In this document: positions 1 through 10,239 of the stretch, piece by piece
How the letters are laid out: every line of letters begins with the position of its first letter
Position numbering within the stretch: position 1 is the first letter of the stretch
NCBI GenBank assembly: GCA_047495785.1
Contig: JBLDXI010000015.1
Span: 4,650,001-4,714,000 of the forward strand
From: Lepidodermella squamata
Lineage: Eukaryota > Animalia > Gastrotricha
Direction: 5' to 3'
DNA: 64,000 nt
Program-made: the position numbers and the translations under genes
Notes under the pieces: model-generated
The model's database searches: none
Seen by the model: only the letters and a program-made list of their open reading frames with translations
What the model was told of the DNA's origin: nothing

Positions 1-525
1 GCGCCTGTAACCTGATGTTTATAAGAAACCAAAATTTACCTCTGACTTATTTTATTTTATCATTCTCTAGGTATTTATATTTCGGCATGACTGGATAATA
101 TGTATATCTAATATCTATAATGGTGTCGTTTACGCGGTCAACAGTATCATACATCGGTTACAATGTTGAACGTGCGTTTAGCTGTAACATTACGAATGAA
201 CTTACATTATGCATGACTAGAAAAGTATGAATAAATCTCTCGTGTGTAACATCAAAAGCCTCCGAAGATCGAACTGACACGAAGGTCCATATATATTAGC
301 ACCGATTTTCACACCATAGCTATGATATAATAATATATATCATGAAAATAGCCTGAAACAAATGGAGTGTTAGTATAGCAATTATTCTGCGCGTGTAACT
401 TTTATTATGAGCAAGCTGTGTCTGGTTTTTATGCGCGTATTTTTTTTTACCTTGGAGGGTGCACTAATATCGCAGACTATATTGTTTGGCAGCTGCAAAC
501 AGACGTTTGATCATTTGCCAGATTC

Positions 526-533
526 TATATAAA
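526..533 (+). promoter_or_regulatory. TATA box of the 612-977 gene
   Basis: TATATAAA about 80 nt upstream of ATG 612. Confidence 0.45.
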
Positions 534-611
534 TGCCGGTTCCAAGCCGCACTAGCATGGTTAGCATTTTGTAACATCTCTGCTGCTGTGTAATAATATC
601 AGCCTGCAAAG

Positions 612-977
612 ATGGACGAAGAGGATTCGTGCCAGAAATCGCAAAACGAAAGCGCATCAATATCGCCATCCAACTCCCCCACGTCGTCGTCCATGTTTTA
701 CGAAGACTTGGACTTGGCTATGGTATCCGCCGCCGAAACCCAGTCAGGCTCGGCTTCCCCGCCGTCGGAACCAGCCGAGAGAACAATTGATGACCACCAG
801 CCTTCAGCAATCAGCCTCGGAACGCAGACGGAAATATCGATCGATAAATCCACGCAAACCGACGAACTAGAATCCTTTTTCGATTTCGAGGATGACATTT
901 TAGAGGAGAATCCCTTGCCCTTGTACAATTTATCTTCGAATAATAACGATGATGATTATCCCAATTTTGATACGTAA
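612..977 (+). CDS. Small acidic, low-complexity protein (121 aa) with TQT-type dynein light chain LC8-binding motifs
   Basis: Single ORF with TATATAAA at 526-533 and AATAAA at 1013-1018. Contains SLGTQTE, DKSTQTD and SAAETQS; D/E/S-rich. Confidence 0.6.
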   Translation: MDEEDSCQKSQNESASISPSNSPTSSSMFYEDLDLAMVSAAETQSGSASPPSEPAERTIDDHQPSAISLGTQTEISIDKSTQTDELESFFDFEDDILEENPLPLYNLSSNNNDDDYPNFDT

Positions 978-1058
978 CCGCATTTTTCAATTTTTATTCA
1001 CAGGATCGAGGAAATAAATTAGAAAAATTATATCAAAAATAAACGATGGTGTCAATAG

Positions 1059-2042
1059 TCAATGGGAGTAAGGGCATTCGACATTGCGGCAGTCTCGCAA
1101 AGTGCACGGTGGGTGAATAAAGAGACATTCTACTCCGAACTTGCAGAATGGGAACAACTGACAATTTTTGGTTGGATGCACGAATTCGCAATCTTCACCT
1201 TTCTTGCAGTTCGGCCAGAACCGGCACCGCTTTTTCTTAGACGTGCCTGCATTAGCATTTTTCGTAGCCATTCCCTCAATTTGCCACTTTTTACGCCTCT
1301 GAATTTCATTGCTATTGCCGTGAAACTCTTCATTTTCAGCACCACTTTCGCCACCACTGACCACGATTGAAACAGAACCGGGCTTGTTTTCGCCTAGAAA
1401 TTTTTTGAACAGACTAGCGATAGTTTTGAAATCATCGAGCACCGGCTTTGAATCTTGATTTTGAAGAGCTTCCGATGACAGCATGCAAAGATTGATAAGT
1501 TGATCGAGACGCTCTTTACAGCTCGCAGAAGTTAGGAAGAAGTCACCCCACATGGAAACAGCTCTGCGAACATTCAATAACTGGGGCGGAATAAGAGCAA
1601 TAGCTGCCTTGCTAATGTTGTACAGATTCGGAGGTGTTAGTACATGACGAAGACAGTTGAACAAATCTTTGGTAGACACGCTGGTGCCAGGCGCAAGGCC
1701 TAGGCCGAACTCTCGTCTAATTCGACCGAGCCCAGCTTCGATATCAACCGCAGAAGATCCGTTACCGGGTGAAACCTTACGCCAAGTTTGAATGATGTCA
1801 TTGATGATGGAGTCGACAAATTCCGCAAAAGCAGCGGAGAAACTCGACTCGGTCAGCGGCACGAATCGACGTTCGATGACATGAGTTCGTTTTCGGCCTG
1901 ATAGTAGAGACGCAGGGGGAGGCGGGATATTTCTGCATCTCAGAATCGCGGACGGAATCGACGTCATCGCCGGTTGCTGCTGATCATTTGATACTACGAT
2001 GCTGTTGCGATGATGCGGCAAAGCTGGCGGGAAGGTAGTCAT
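1059..2042 (-). CDS. Intronless CCCH zinc-finger protein with three C-terminal ZC3H14/Nab2-type fingers (paralogue A)
   Basis: C-terminus RCRFWPNCKKGEDCEFVHPTKNCQLFPFCKFGVECLFIHPPCTLRDCRNVECPYSH matches the ZC3H14 terminal finger cluster (RCKYWPACKNGDEC..HP..CK.FP.CKF..KCLFVHP.C). Basic NLS-like KKKR precedes it. Confidence 0.85.
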   Translation of the reverse strand: MTTFPPALPHHRNSIVVSNDQQQPAMTSIPSAILRCRNIPPPPASLLSGRKRTHVIERRFVPLTESSFSAAFAEFVDSIINDIIQTWRKVSPGNGSSAVDIEAGLGRIRREFGLGLAPGTSVSTKDLFNCLRHVLTPPNLYNISKAAIALIPPQLLNVRRAVSMWGDFFLTSASCKERLDQLINLCMLSSEALQNQDSKPVLDDFKTIASLFKKFLGENKPGSVSIVVSGGESGAENEEFHGNSNEIQRRKKWQIEGMATKNANAGTSKKKRCRFWPNCKKGEDCEFVHPTKNCQLFPFCKFGVECLFIHPPCTLRDCRNVECPYSH

Positions 2043-2417
2043 TTAAGTTGCACTCAGCTAAAAGTTCCTATAACACTTATGTTATCTTATTACGCTACAA
2101 CCAAGCTGTCGTTCAAAAATTCACGTTCCCAATGGACGGTCGATATTGTTGCTATGGCGCTATGGTTGCACTGAGCTTTCCTCCCCGCTCTCATGATTGT
2201 AAAAAAAACTATACGATATGATAACTGTTTTGGGCAGTTGCGAGTGCGAAATTCTACCCAGGCACAACGAGATCGCACTTCCGGGCCCCTGATGGCTTTA
2301 CTCGATTATCTGAGCACGGTAATATTGATTAAAAAAGCGGTTCGCTAATTTACGCCACTTTACTTTTGAGCAAAAAAATCAGCGGGTTGAAAAATAACAA
2401 AAAATGAAGCACACTAA

Positions 2418-3641
2418 TCACTCCGGCCTATTATTGTGCCGAGGCAAGTTGTTAATTCCGTTCAGTTCGTAGTTGAATCTGCGAGGCTTCCGGTGCATGT
2501 ACGGGCAAAATTGATTTTGACATTCTCGGTCCGGGCAATACGGATGAATGTAAAGGCATTCTGTGCCGAAGTTGCAGAACGGAAAATCGAGGCACTTTTT
2601 TGACGGATGAATATAGTTGCATCGTTCGCCACGGTGACAGTTGGGCCAAAGACGGCACCGGAGATTGCGCACTGCCAAATTTTCAGCCACGTCTTCGTTA
2701 ATGGTCGGTTCACGGGTGTAACCTTCGCCAACTTTCAGTCTAACCGGGGCTAATTTGTTGATCTGCCCTTTCCGCTTTTTCATCAGATTCGGAGGTAGTG
2801 GCTGAGACCGGCCATCGCTGGCTTGTGATGCTAAGTTATTAGCTCGAGGTTGGTACCATGCGCCTTCCTCGGCGATAGTGCTCAAATTCGTACGAGAATC
2901 AGTCGAAACTGCTGAGGGTAAATGAACGTTTTTTGTGTTCAAAGTCGGAAGCAGGCCGCTGACGAGTGTCCTCGCGTTGTTTTTAGGTTCGTATTCCAGC
3001 TCTGAAAGTGGAGTGATTGTTTGAAGCCGGCTACCTCGGCGACTTTCCTTGGCGCCATTATTTGGATTTAAAATTCGATTTGTTCGGTCCTTCACCGCTG
3101 CCTTGAAAGCTCGCGCTATCCGGCTGAAGTCACTGATGTAAAGATTCGCGTTAGCCGCGATTTCTGACTCCGAGTAGGCGCGACCGTGAGCAAGTTCATC
3201 TCGAACGGCTATAAGCTCGTTCAACCGGTTTGTATACGTTTTAGTCCAATCTACTAAGGCTGCTCGGAATGTATCTCGGTGCTTGCTAGGCAAGAGTGCG
3301 ATCAGAGCAGTTTTGATGTTAAGTGTTGTGGGTGTTGATAAAACATGGTACAAATAAGCTTCGACGGTTTTAACGGAGTTTCCATTAGGTCGCCATGAAG
3401 TTATGAAGTCTTGCAATAGCCGAGCGATAGCTTCGTCTTCAGTCTGCGCTGCCTTATCGTCAAGTCGACGCCAGGCTCGAAGGATGTCCTTAGCAACTGA
3501 TTCGATAAACTCAGCGAAAGCCATGATAACCATGGCCTGCGAGAAAACTTGCTGTTTTGCTGGGTCGGGTTCTTTCCGCTTGGCTGAAACTAAGACAGCG
3601 CACCGGTTGAATGGTACAGCCATCACCAATTCACCAGGCAT
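2418..3641 (-). CDS. Intronless CCCH zinc-finger protein, ZC3H14/Nab2-type fingers (paralogue B)
   Basis: RCRLWPNCHRGERCNYIHPSKKCLDFPFCNFGTECLYIHPYCPDRECQNQFCPYMH. N-terminal region aligns with paralogue A (AFAEF..S...DI...WR; L.HVL; NI..A.IAL.P). Confidence 0.85.
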   Translation of the reverse strand: MPGELVMAVPFNRCAVLVSAKRKEPDPAKQQVFSQAMVIMAFAEFIESVAKDILRAWRRLDDKAAQTEDEAIARLLQDFITSWRPNGNSVKTVEAYLYHVLSTPTTLNIKTALIALLPSKHRDTFRAALVDWTKTYTNRLNELIAVRDELAHGRAYSESEIAANANLYISDFSRIARAFKAAVKDRTNRILNPNNGAKESRRGSRLQTITPLSELEYEPKNNARTLVSGLLPTLNTKNVHLPSAVSTDSRTNLSTIAEEGAWYQPRANNLASQASDGRSQPLPPNLMKKRKGQINKLAPVRLKVGEGYTREPTINEDVAENLAVRNLRCRLWPNCHRGERCNYIHPSKKCLDFPFCNFGTECLYIHPYCPDRECQNQFCPYMHRKPRRFNYELNGINNLPRHNNRPE

Positions 3642-4119
3642 TCCACAGAATTCAAACGAACAAAATCAAGATGTCTAATAGGTGTAAAGAAAATTGTAAA
3701 TGATGATTAAACGACATTTCCATGTTCCAAGTCAAATGGTGTTAGGATATTGGAAAATATTCGCGGGAATCCACTTCTAAAACATGAATGCAACCGACTT
3801 GGCACCTGTTTCTGACAAAGGTGTGAGTTGGAAATCATTATTAGCTCTATGGCGATTACTACAGCAAAGCAAAGGCCGAAATCGGCGCGAAATTCAACGC
3901 GAGATTAAAACATCACGATTTCGATCGATTACCACCGCCAGTCTTTATTTTTCCGATTTGATGTTGCTAACGGGCACAAAACTGCTGCTCTATTTGCATA
4001 TAAACACCCTGTATATCTAGTCACCTTCCATTTGCATAAATTATTAACTGAATGGCTGAGGGGCTAAATCTATGGTTAAAACAACACCGGAAAAAGTAGC
4101 AGCTCGATAAGATGCATGT

Positions 4120-5441
4120 TCATATGCGACAATTCTCGATTTCTTCCACCAGGCCATTGTAAGCCTCCCAGACAGCTTTGTCTTTAATACAAACAGTGCC
4201 ACCACCGCGATTATATTGGCCGTACTGTCGATTTATATCTCCAATGCAAGTCCAGGGTTTCTTTTCCTCGATAGAAACCGCCCACTTTGAGTGATCACTG
4301 GTTGTCTCGAAACCGACTTCGATATCCAAATCGGCTGGCACGTCGAATTGAATAGACTCAATGTTCATAACAGGGTAACGAGCTAAAAATAGAGGTCCAT
4401 TATAAAGGAGAATCGTTCGCATAACATAGCTTTATACTTGAACAATTGGAGTCAATGTTGCTGGTTCCAACTCGCCATCCCTCAACTAACAAGCCCGTCT
4501 GCAGCTCGACAGCGACTTTGTCCGTGTACAGATCTTTCTTAAATTTTTTATCCTGTTTATCGTCAAATGAAGGTTGAAATACATCGCGTTGTTGGAAAAT
4601 TTGAGGAAAATACCTTCGAAAATGAAGTAACTCTCTCGCCCTTGGTAGTCATCAGCTCCATAGTCGAGGAGTACGGCGATCCTGGTCGGTTAGCATTCGG
4701 ATTGTTAAGTAGGCCCAGGTAAGGTCTGCTTGATGTCAACATCGACTTGGGAATCTGCTTGTCGTAGACGAATGCATCAGAGTAGTACAACTGTTTAGCT
4801 ATTTTAGTATTAGAAATATTATTTAAACTAAATAAGTAATTTCCACTATTTGCCTACATATTTTGTCGAGCTCACTGATCGGAAACGAAAGGCACATGAT
4901 CGACTGGCCATTAAGATGGCCTGAAGATGGATAAGAGTATTTTCCCTCAACTGTTGGTCTTGCTGGAAATCCAGGCACTGAGTGGACCAGCCAAATACCG
5001 CCTTCGCTGTTAAAGAGGATCATGCCCTTCGAATGGCCTGAGTTATAGGGACTTTCACGATCAGGTGGCGGCTGGTCGTTGTATAGAACGAACAGATTCG
5101 AGCTTGCATTAGTGTACATCGGAGCGATAGACCGGGCGACCGGGTTCCGAGTATCGTACATCGGTTTGTCAAGCCGTCGCCATTTTCCTGTCAGCAATTA
5201 CACATTTTAAGGCGATTTAAAGTAAAATGACGGTGTTAAGACCTGGTTTTTTCGAGTCTTGGTAAACCAGGGCAGCGCCAGACTTCAATTCTTTCCAAGA
5301 AGTTTCCTTTATTTTAGGCAATTTGTAAGCAGTAAACCAATCCACAACTTTGCCATCGGGATCTAAGCATGAAAGCTGAGCGCCAAGAGCGCACAGGACC
5401 CCAAGTGACAAAAACAAACCTGTCAATAACAGTGATTGCAT
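4120..5441 (-). CDS. DNASE2: Deoxyribonuclease II (secreted/lysosomal acid DNase), 5 exons
   Basis: Signal peptide; VDWFTAYKLP, YNDQPP, GHSKG, WLVHSVPGFP, GQS..C, DHSKW, CIGDINRQ..Q..RGGGTVC. Both catalytic HxK motifs intact; four GT-AG introns restore the frame. Confidence 0.95.
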
Positions 5442-5477
5442 TTCTCCGAATCATGTTTTTTCCACTCTTAATTGATC

Positions 5478-5485
5478 CTTTTATA
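5478..5485 (-). promoter_or_regulatory. TATA box of DNase II
   Basis: TATAAAAG on the minus strand about 40 nt upstream of ATG 5441. Confidence 0.55.
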
Positions 5486-5665
5486 TGGGTTTTAAGGCAA
5501 TCAAGTCACGCATTCTGGGAAACACCTGGCCGATAAAGGTTGTTCCCACGGTTAATGAGTACAAATAATATTTCTTTATAATCGTTATTCTGGCGCCATT
5601 ATTTATTTATTTGATTTAAATCAGAAAAATAACTATGGAGAATTAATAAGATATTCTCGTGCTGT

Positions 5666-7810
5666 CTAATTAGTTTTCGCGCTGATACTACGCGACGCTA
5701 CCGTGCTCGGTCGACTTGTGTTGTAACTTTGGCTTCGAGGAGAAAACACTTTTTCTCGCCTTGCCGCGGCCGTTGGAATAATCAAACAGCAAGGTGAACA
5801 AGGGAATGTCTCTGTCTTTTGCGAACGTGGACTCCGAGCCATTTTTTGTCTTGGCCGTTCGTGCCTTTTCACCTTTTTCCCTTGGTAGTAAGAATGATAG
5901 GTATACTTGACATTGGGATTCAACTGATGACCGCTTCTAGCGGAAAGCAGAGGCTCACTATTTTCTTGATCGAAATCGCTGTGGACGTAGCGTTCATGCC
6001 GTGCAGAATCAGCCAGTAGACACGACTCCCACGCCATTTTGTAACACCAAACATACTGATGCAGCGTAACAACGACGTGGTACGGGTCGTACATTTTGAA
6101 AAACTGCGCCGTACGATAGACGTCAACCTCGCCAATGAGCCTCATGCGTTGGTCGAGATAAGCTACTAGAGCCATCATTACCCCGCGCCAAATGCCGCCC
6201 TCAACAAGAGAGTATCTTGTTTTCCGACTTTTGCAACATCCGAAGCCGACTATTTCCTGCTGAACAGGGACAGCCGACACGTCAGCCTCGAGGATGGTCA
6301 CTACATTAGAACTACCATCGTCCAATTGCGATTCAGCGTGCTGTAGAACTGAGCGTAGGAAAAGAATAAATTTTCGATTTGACATCGATGGACGGATGCC
6401 ACTTGAGATCGGCCAGCCTGAAAATTGGAAAACTGTCGCTGACCAATTTTTTCGCGAACTTTTCAATGAAATCTCGAAGGTGTTGAAGCTTTCAAACGTC
6501 TGAGCTTTGCCGAACGCGACACCGCCCAGGTGACTATTTCCACCACAGGTCAGCAAATCGTTCGGCTTTGCCGACTCTGAAATCCACAGTAAAGTGCGAC
6601 TGCCCCGCGATCTCATTAGTTCGAGTAAATTTTCAAGCAAAACAGGCCCTCGAATTGCTACAAATTGGTCCCGCTGAACGAATGACGGCAGAGTCGAGTG
6701 CCAAATCGCGTGATTGAACAACTTCGGACCAAACTGATGGCGTTTAGTTGGCTGATGCAAATTTTCTCGGGAGATTTGACCAGCCGTCCGTTTCGGGAAT
6801 AATCGGCGGTGATACAGGTTGGACAGTTTTCTAAGAATAGCGAACTGCAGTTTTATAGGTTGTTGCCTACGGTCAGCTCCCATGTCAAAAAATGTGTTAT
6901 TTTGACCGAACAGATCGCCTTTCGGTCGTGAGATCAAGTGTCGGAACATGGCGTCAAAGTCAGATGGGTAGCTGGTCATTATTGTTGGCGTCGCGGTCAT
7001 AACTTGCAGTAAACAGTCGTAGATGAATTCGTACATGGCGTAGTGGGAGATTACGTTGCTGCCGCATAGTTCCCGCAACTGGGCTGCCTGGGCAAAGACA
7101 TCTGCCCGGGCCTCTTGACACGCTTGATGAATCAGCAATATCACGCAGGCAACAACTGCCGGCAAATCTAATGACCTGTGAGAGGAGAAATCAAGTGGCC
7201 ATGAAAATATAGTATTATAATGATTTTACTTTCCGATCAGCAATATTGGTCTCCCTTGGATTGAATATTCATGATATTTTTGTTGGAGGATTGCGCGAAT
7301 GAAGTCCAAGAAAGTATGGGGAATAATTGGAACTGAACGTTTACTCCCAACTCTCGGCCAGCAGGTAAACGAATAGACATCTGTAGAATTTCCCTTTTTA
7401 GAGGACAAGAGTTCATGTGATAGTCTCTCCAACCATATAACACAACATACGTTCAGATTCTTGCGACCCGATTCAAAATGATGATAAGTTTTGTGCTGGT
7501 CGGTGTGTACGACGGCGACGCCGGGAATTTCTTCGCCACTTAGAGCGTCGATCTCTACGACGGCGCATACATTTCGCTGGCTTACTGCGTTCCAAAACTC
7601 CTCGCCATTTTCGGGCAAGTGACCAATCAACAGCGAAATGACACGTTTTCGAGAGCTTTCATTAGTGCGGTCAATCCTAACCAGCTGACCAGGCTCCGAT
7701 AAAGCGGTAGATTGGAAATTCGGTAGGCTGTGAAACTCTTGCCGAAAGCTAACGCCCCGTCGAGGCGATAAATAATGATTCAGCCAATAATATCGATCAT
7801 GTGAAGGCAT
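5666..7810 (-). CDS. Tandem-domain protein tyrosine phosphatase-like pseudophosphatase (copy 1)
   Basis: Degenerate PTP motifs occur twice: EFWNAV..NV..VVEI (DFWxMV), SFTCWP/FSGWP (WPD loop), DVF..AAQLR / DVYRTAQ, YEFIYDCLL / QYVWCYK (Q loop). No HCx5R. Introns 7394-7450 (in-frame) and 7176-7229; possible intron 6200-6280. Confidence 0.75.
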
Positions 7811-8012
7811 AATTTCAGGTGCGCATATTTAATAGGAAACTGATCTTTCACTAATCAAGTACGCGATGGGCCGGTAAACAATATCTGAATGAGGTTATAA
7901 TCCGCCTTAAGCTGAGTCGCTATGAGCGACGTCGTGCCTCTACGCACCCAGGCACGTTTGTTTGTGTCCCCTGAAAAAAACAGTCACCTCAAAATCTTTT
8001 TTATTCACGTCT

Positions 8013-9856
8013 TCAAACTGGACTCATGCGCTCATCACAGGCGCCGCGGACGCTTTCCCAATGCAGGCACGACGACCAAGCGATTTTGAAACAAAACTTG
8101 TACTGGTCCTGTAAAATATTGAGAGACATAAAAAAGCCAGAGAGCCATTCAGTTAAACTTACTATTGATGAAAGAATTGCATTTTTGTTGTATAATTTAA
8201 AAATTTGGACCGTTCTGAATACATCGACCTCGCAAAGTGCCTCCATATGTTGGTCCATATAAGTGCTAATAGCAGCAAATGCACCGCGCCATACAGTTTT
8301 CCCGACTTCGTAAATCGTGATGCGACCACTTGTTTTAGCCTCCGGGTTGCTTTGGCCAGACTCTGCATGTTCTTCGGCAGCTCGGAGCGTAGCCAGCAAG
8401 TCGTTGATGCATCTCTTGTCCGGCACTTCTTTGTCAGCCGGCCAGCTTGAGAAATGGAAAACTCGAATTTGCCATGTAACGCGCGGCTTAATCGACGCTT
8501 CGAGGTCAAATGTATTGTAACTTTCATGGCTTTGACAGTTGGAAATAAACGCATCGTTGCGGCTGTTGTAGCCGCTTGCGAGTAAGATATCGACAGGTGC
8601 GCTTCTAGCCTCAGAAAACCACAGCAAAGTTCGGCTTTTGTATTTTGACATCAACTCCAGGAGGCTTGCTATGCTGGGTACAGCTTGTCTAACGGCGATA
8701 AACTTGTCGAGATTGTAGTAGGAGAACATTTTCCAATAGGTAACACCGGAATAATGGCGCGGTTCGTATCTTGAGTTCCATTTACGTTTAGAAGGCGGAA
8801 TAGTATCATAAGTTCCTTGAGAAATTTTCCGCGCTTTTGGCTGGTATAGAGCTGTCAGCTGATTGATCAGACGGAACTGGTCGACTAAAGGCTGGGGTAA
8901 GGACACAATTTTCCCAGATCGGTCACAGCGCCTCTCGCGGGTGAATAGGCGATTGTAGGCTTGTTTGAAATCTTCCCGGCGACCTATCATTATCGTCGGA
9001 GAGGCACTGATCACAAATAACAAGCACTCGTAGATGAAGTGATAGAGGGCGAATTTCGAAACGACATTGCATTGAAATAAACGGCGAATATCGGCAACTG
9101 ACCGGAAGACGTCAACATAGCTAGTAGCACAACCTTGGTGAAGAGTCTGTATTAAACAAGCCGTTACAGCTGCAATGTCCGGCGTTTCACTATAGGAAAA
9201 ATACAAATACGTAGCTTGGAATAATTCTGATTTGTATAACTAACTCGAATAAAATGAGGAAAGGTCGATCATTCAATCGAAATGCCATAAAACTTCGCGA
9301 TATAATTGCCCGTATGAATTCCAGGAAGAAATGAGGCACTTTTGGTAGAAATGTGACTGAATCTGGCTGAGGCCAATCTTTGAAAAACCATAAATAGCTA
9401 GCCAAACGTCGCTCTTCACCGGAATCCTATTTAGAAATGACATGAGCTGGATTCAGCTTCGAAAAAGTCGAAACCCACCTCAACGATAACCCTGCCGTAT
9501 CGATAGAAAGCTGTATCTACTAGTTCTGTTGTTGTCAGAAAGAGATTCTCAGCTCCGATTTGACCTTCGACTTCAACTAATGAAGCGTTCGTGCCGCCCT
9601 GAGTAACCGAAATAATGGTACAAACATTTTCCCGCGACACCGCGCGCCAAAAACCAGGATGATCGTTGATTGACGTCGGCGTTTTACCGATCAAAATCTT
9701 CGGACAGTCGACGTAATGCCGCTGAGTTGGCACCGCGACAAAATAGCATGGCCCGCCATCGCTGGGTCTTGGCCATGCGAACTCGCCTGGGTTTGAAGAC
9801 GCGAAAGGTAATGAATTGAATTCGTCGTAGAAACTGCGCCGATCTCTACTGGTCAT
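8013..9856 (-). CDS. Tandem-domain PTP-like pseudophosphatase (copy 2), about 4 exons
   Basis: SFYDEFNSLP, GFWRAVSRENVCTII, FKDWP, PHFFLEFIRAI, DVFRSVADIR, YHFIYECLL, FSSWP, WRG, VDVFRTVQIFK, DQYKFCFKIAW. Colinear with copies 1 and 3; 3' end slightly uncertain. Confidence 0.75.
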
Positions 9857-10239
9857 GTTTCTATTCGGTTACACAGAAGGCAGGTGTAATTATTCAGGGA
9901 TAAATGAATGGTAAAGTATAGGCATGCGTGTGCACTGAAATCGTCGCCGCTGCGGTCACCTTGCGGCTGGCTATATGTGTGATGAAAAATTAATTGGCGC
10001 CGACACTTGGCAACAATCGAATCGCGGCGCGGCCGATTAGTGCGAGATGAAAAAACTGGCAAACACAAGTCGTATTATTATTATTATTGTTCCATTTTAT
10101 TTCCGGGAAAATCGCAACTTCCCATAAATTAATATTATAATACTCAATAGCAAAAATTGATCATATATCAGCGGGCTGAAGAGTAGTTTTATTGTGCTGA
10201 GAATATTAATATTAGCGAGAAATGTAGCACGGTAGTAAA

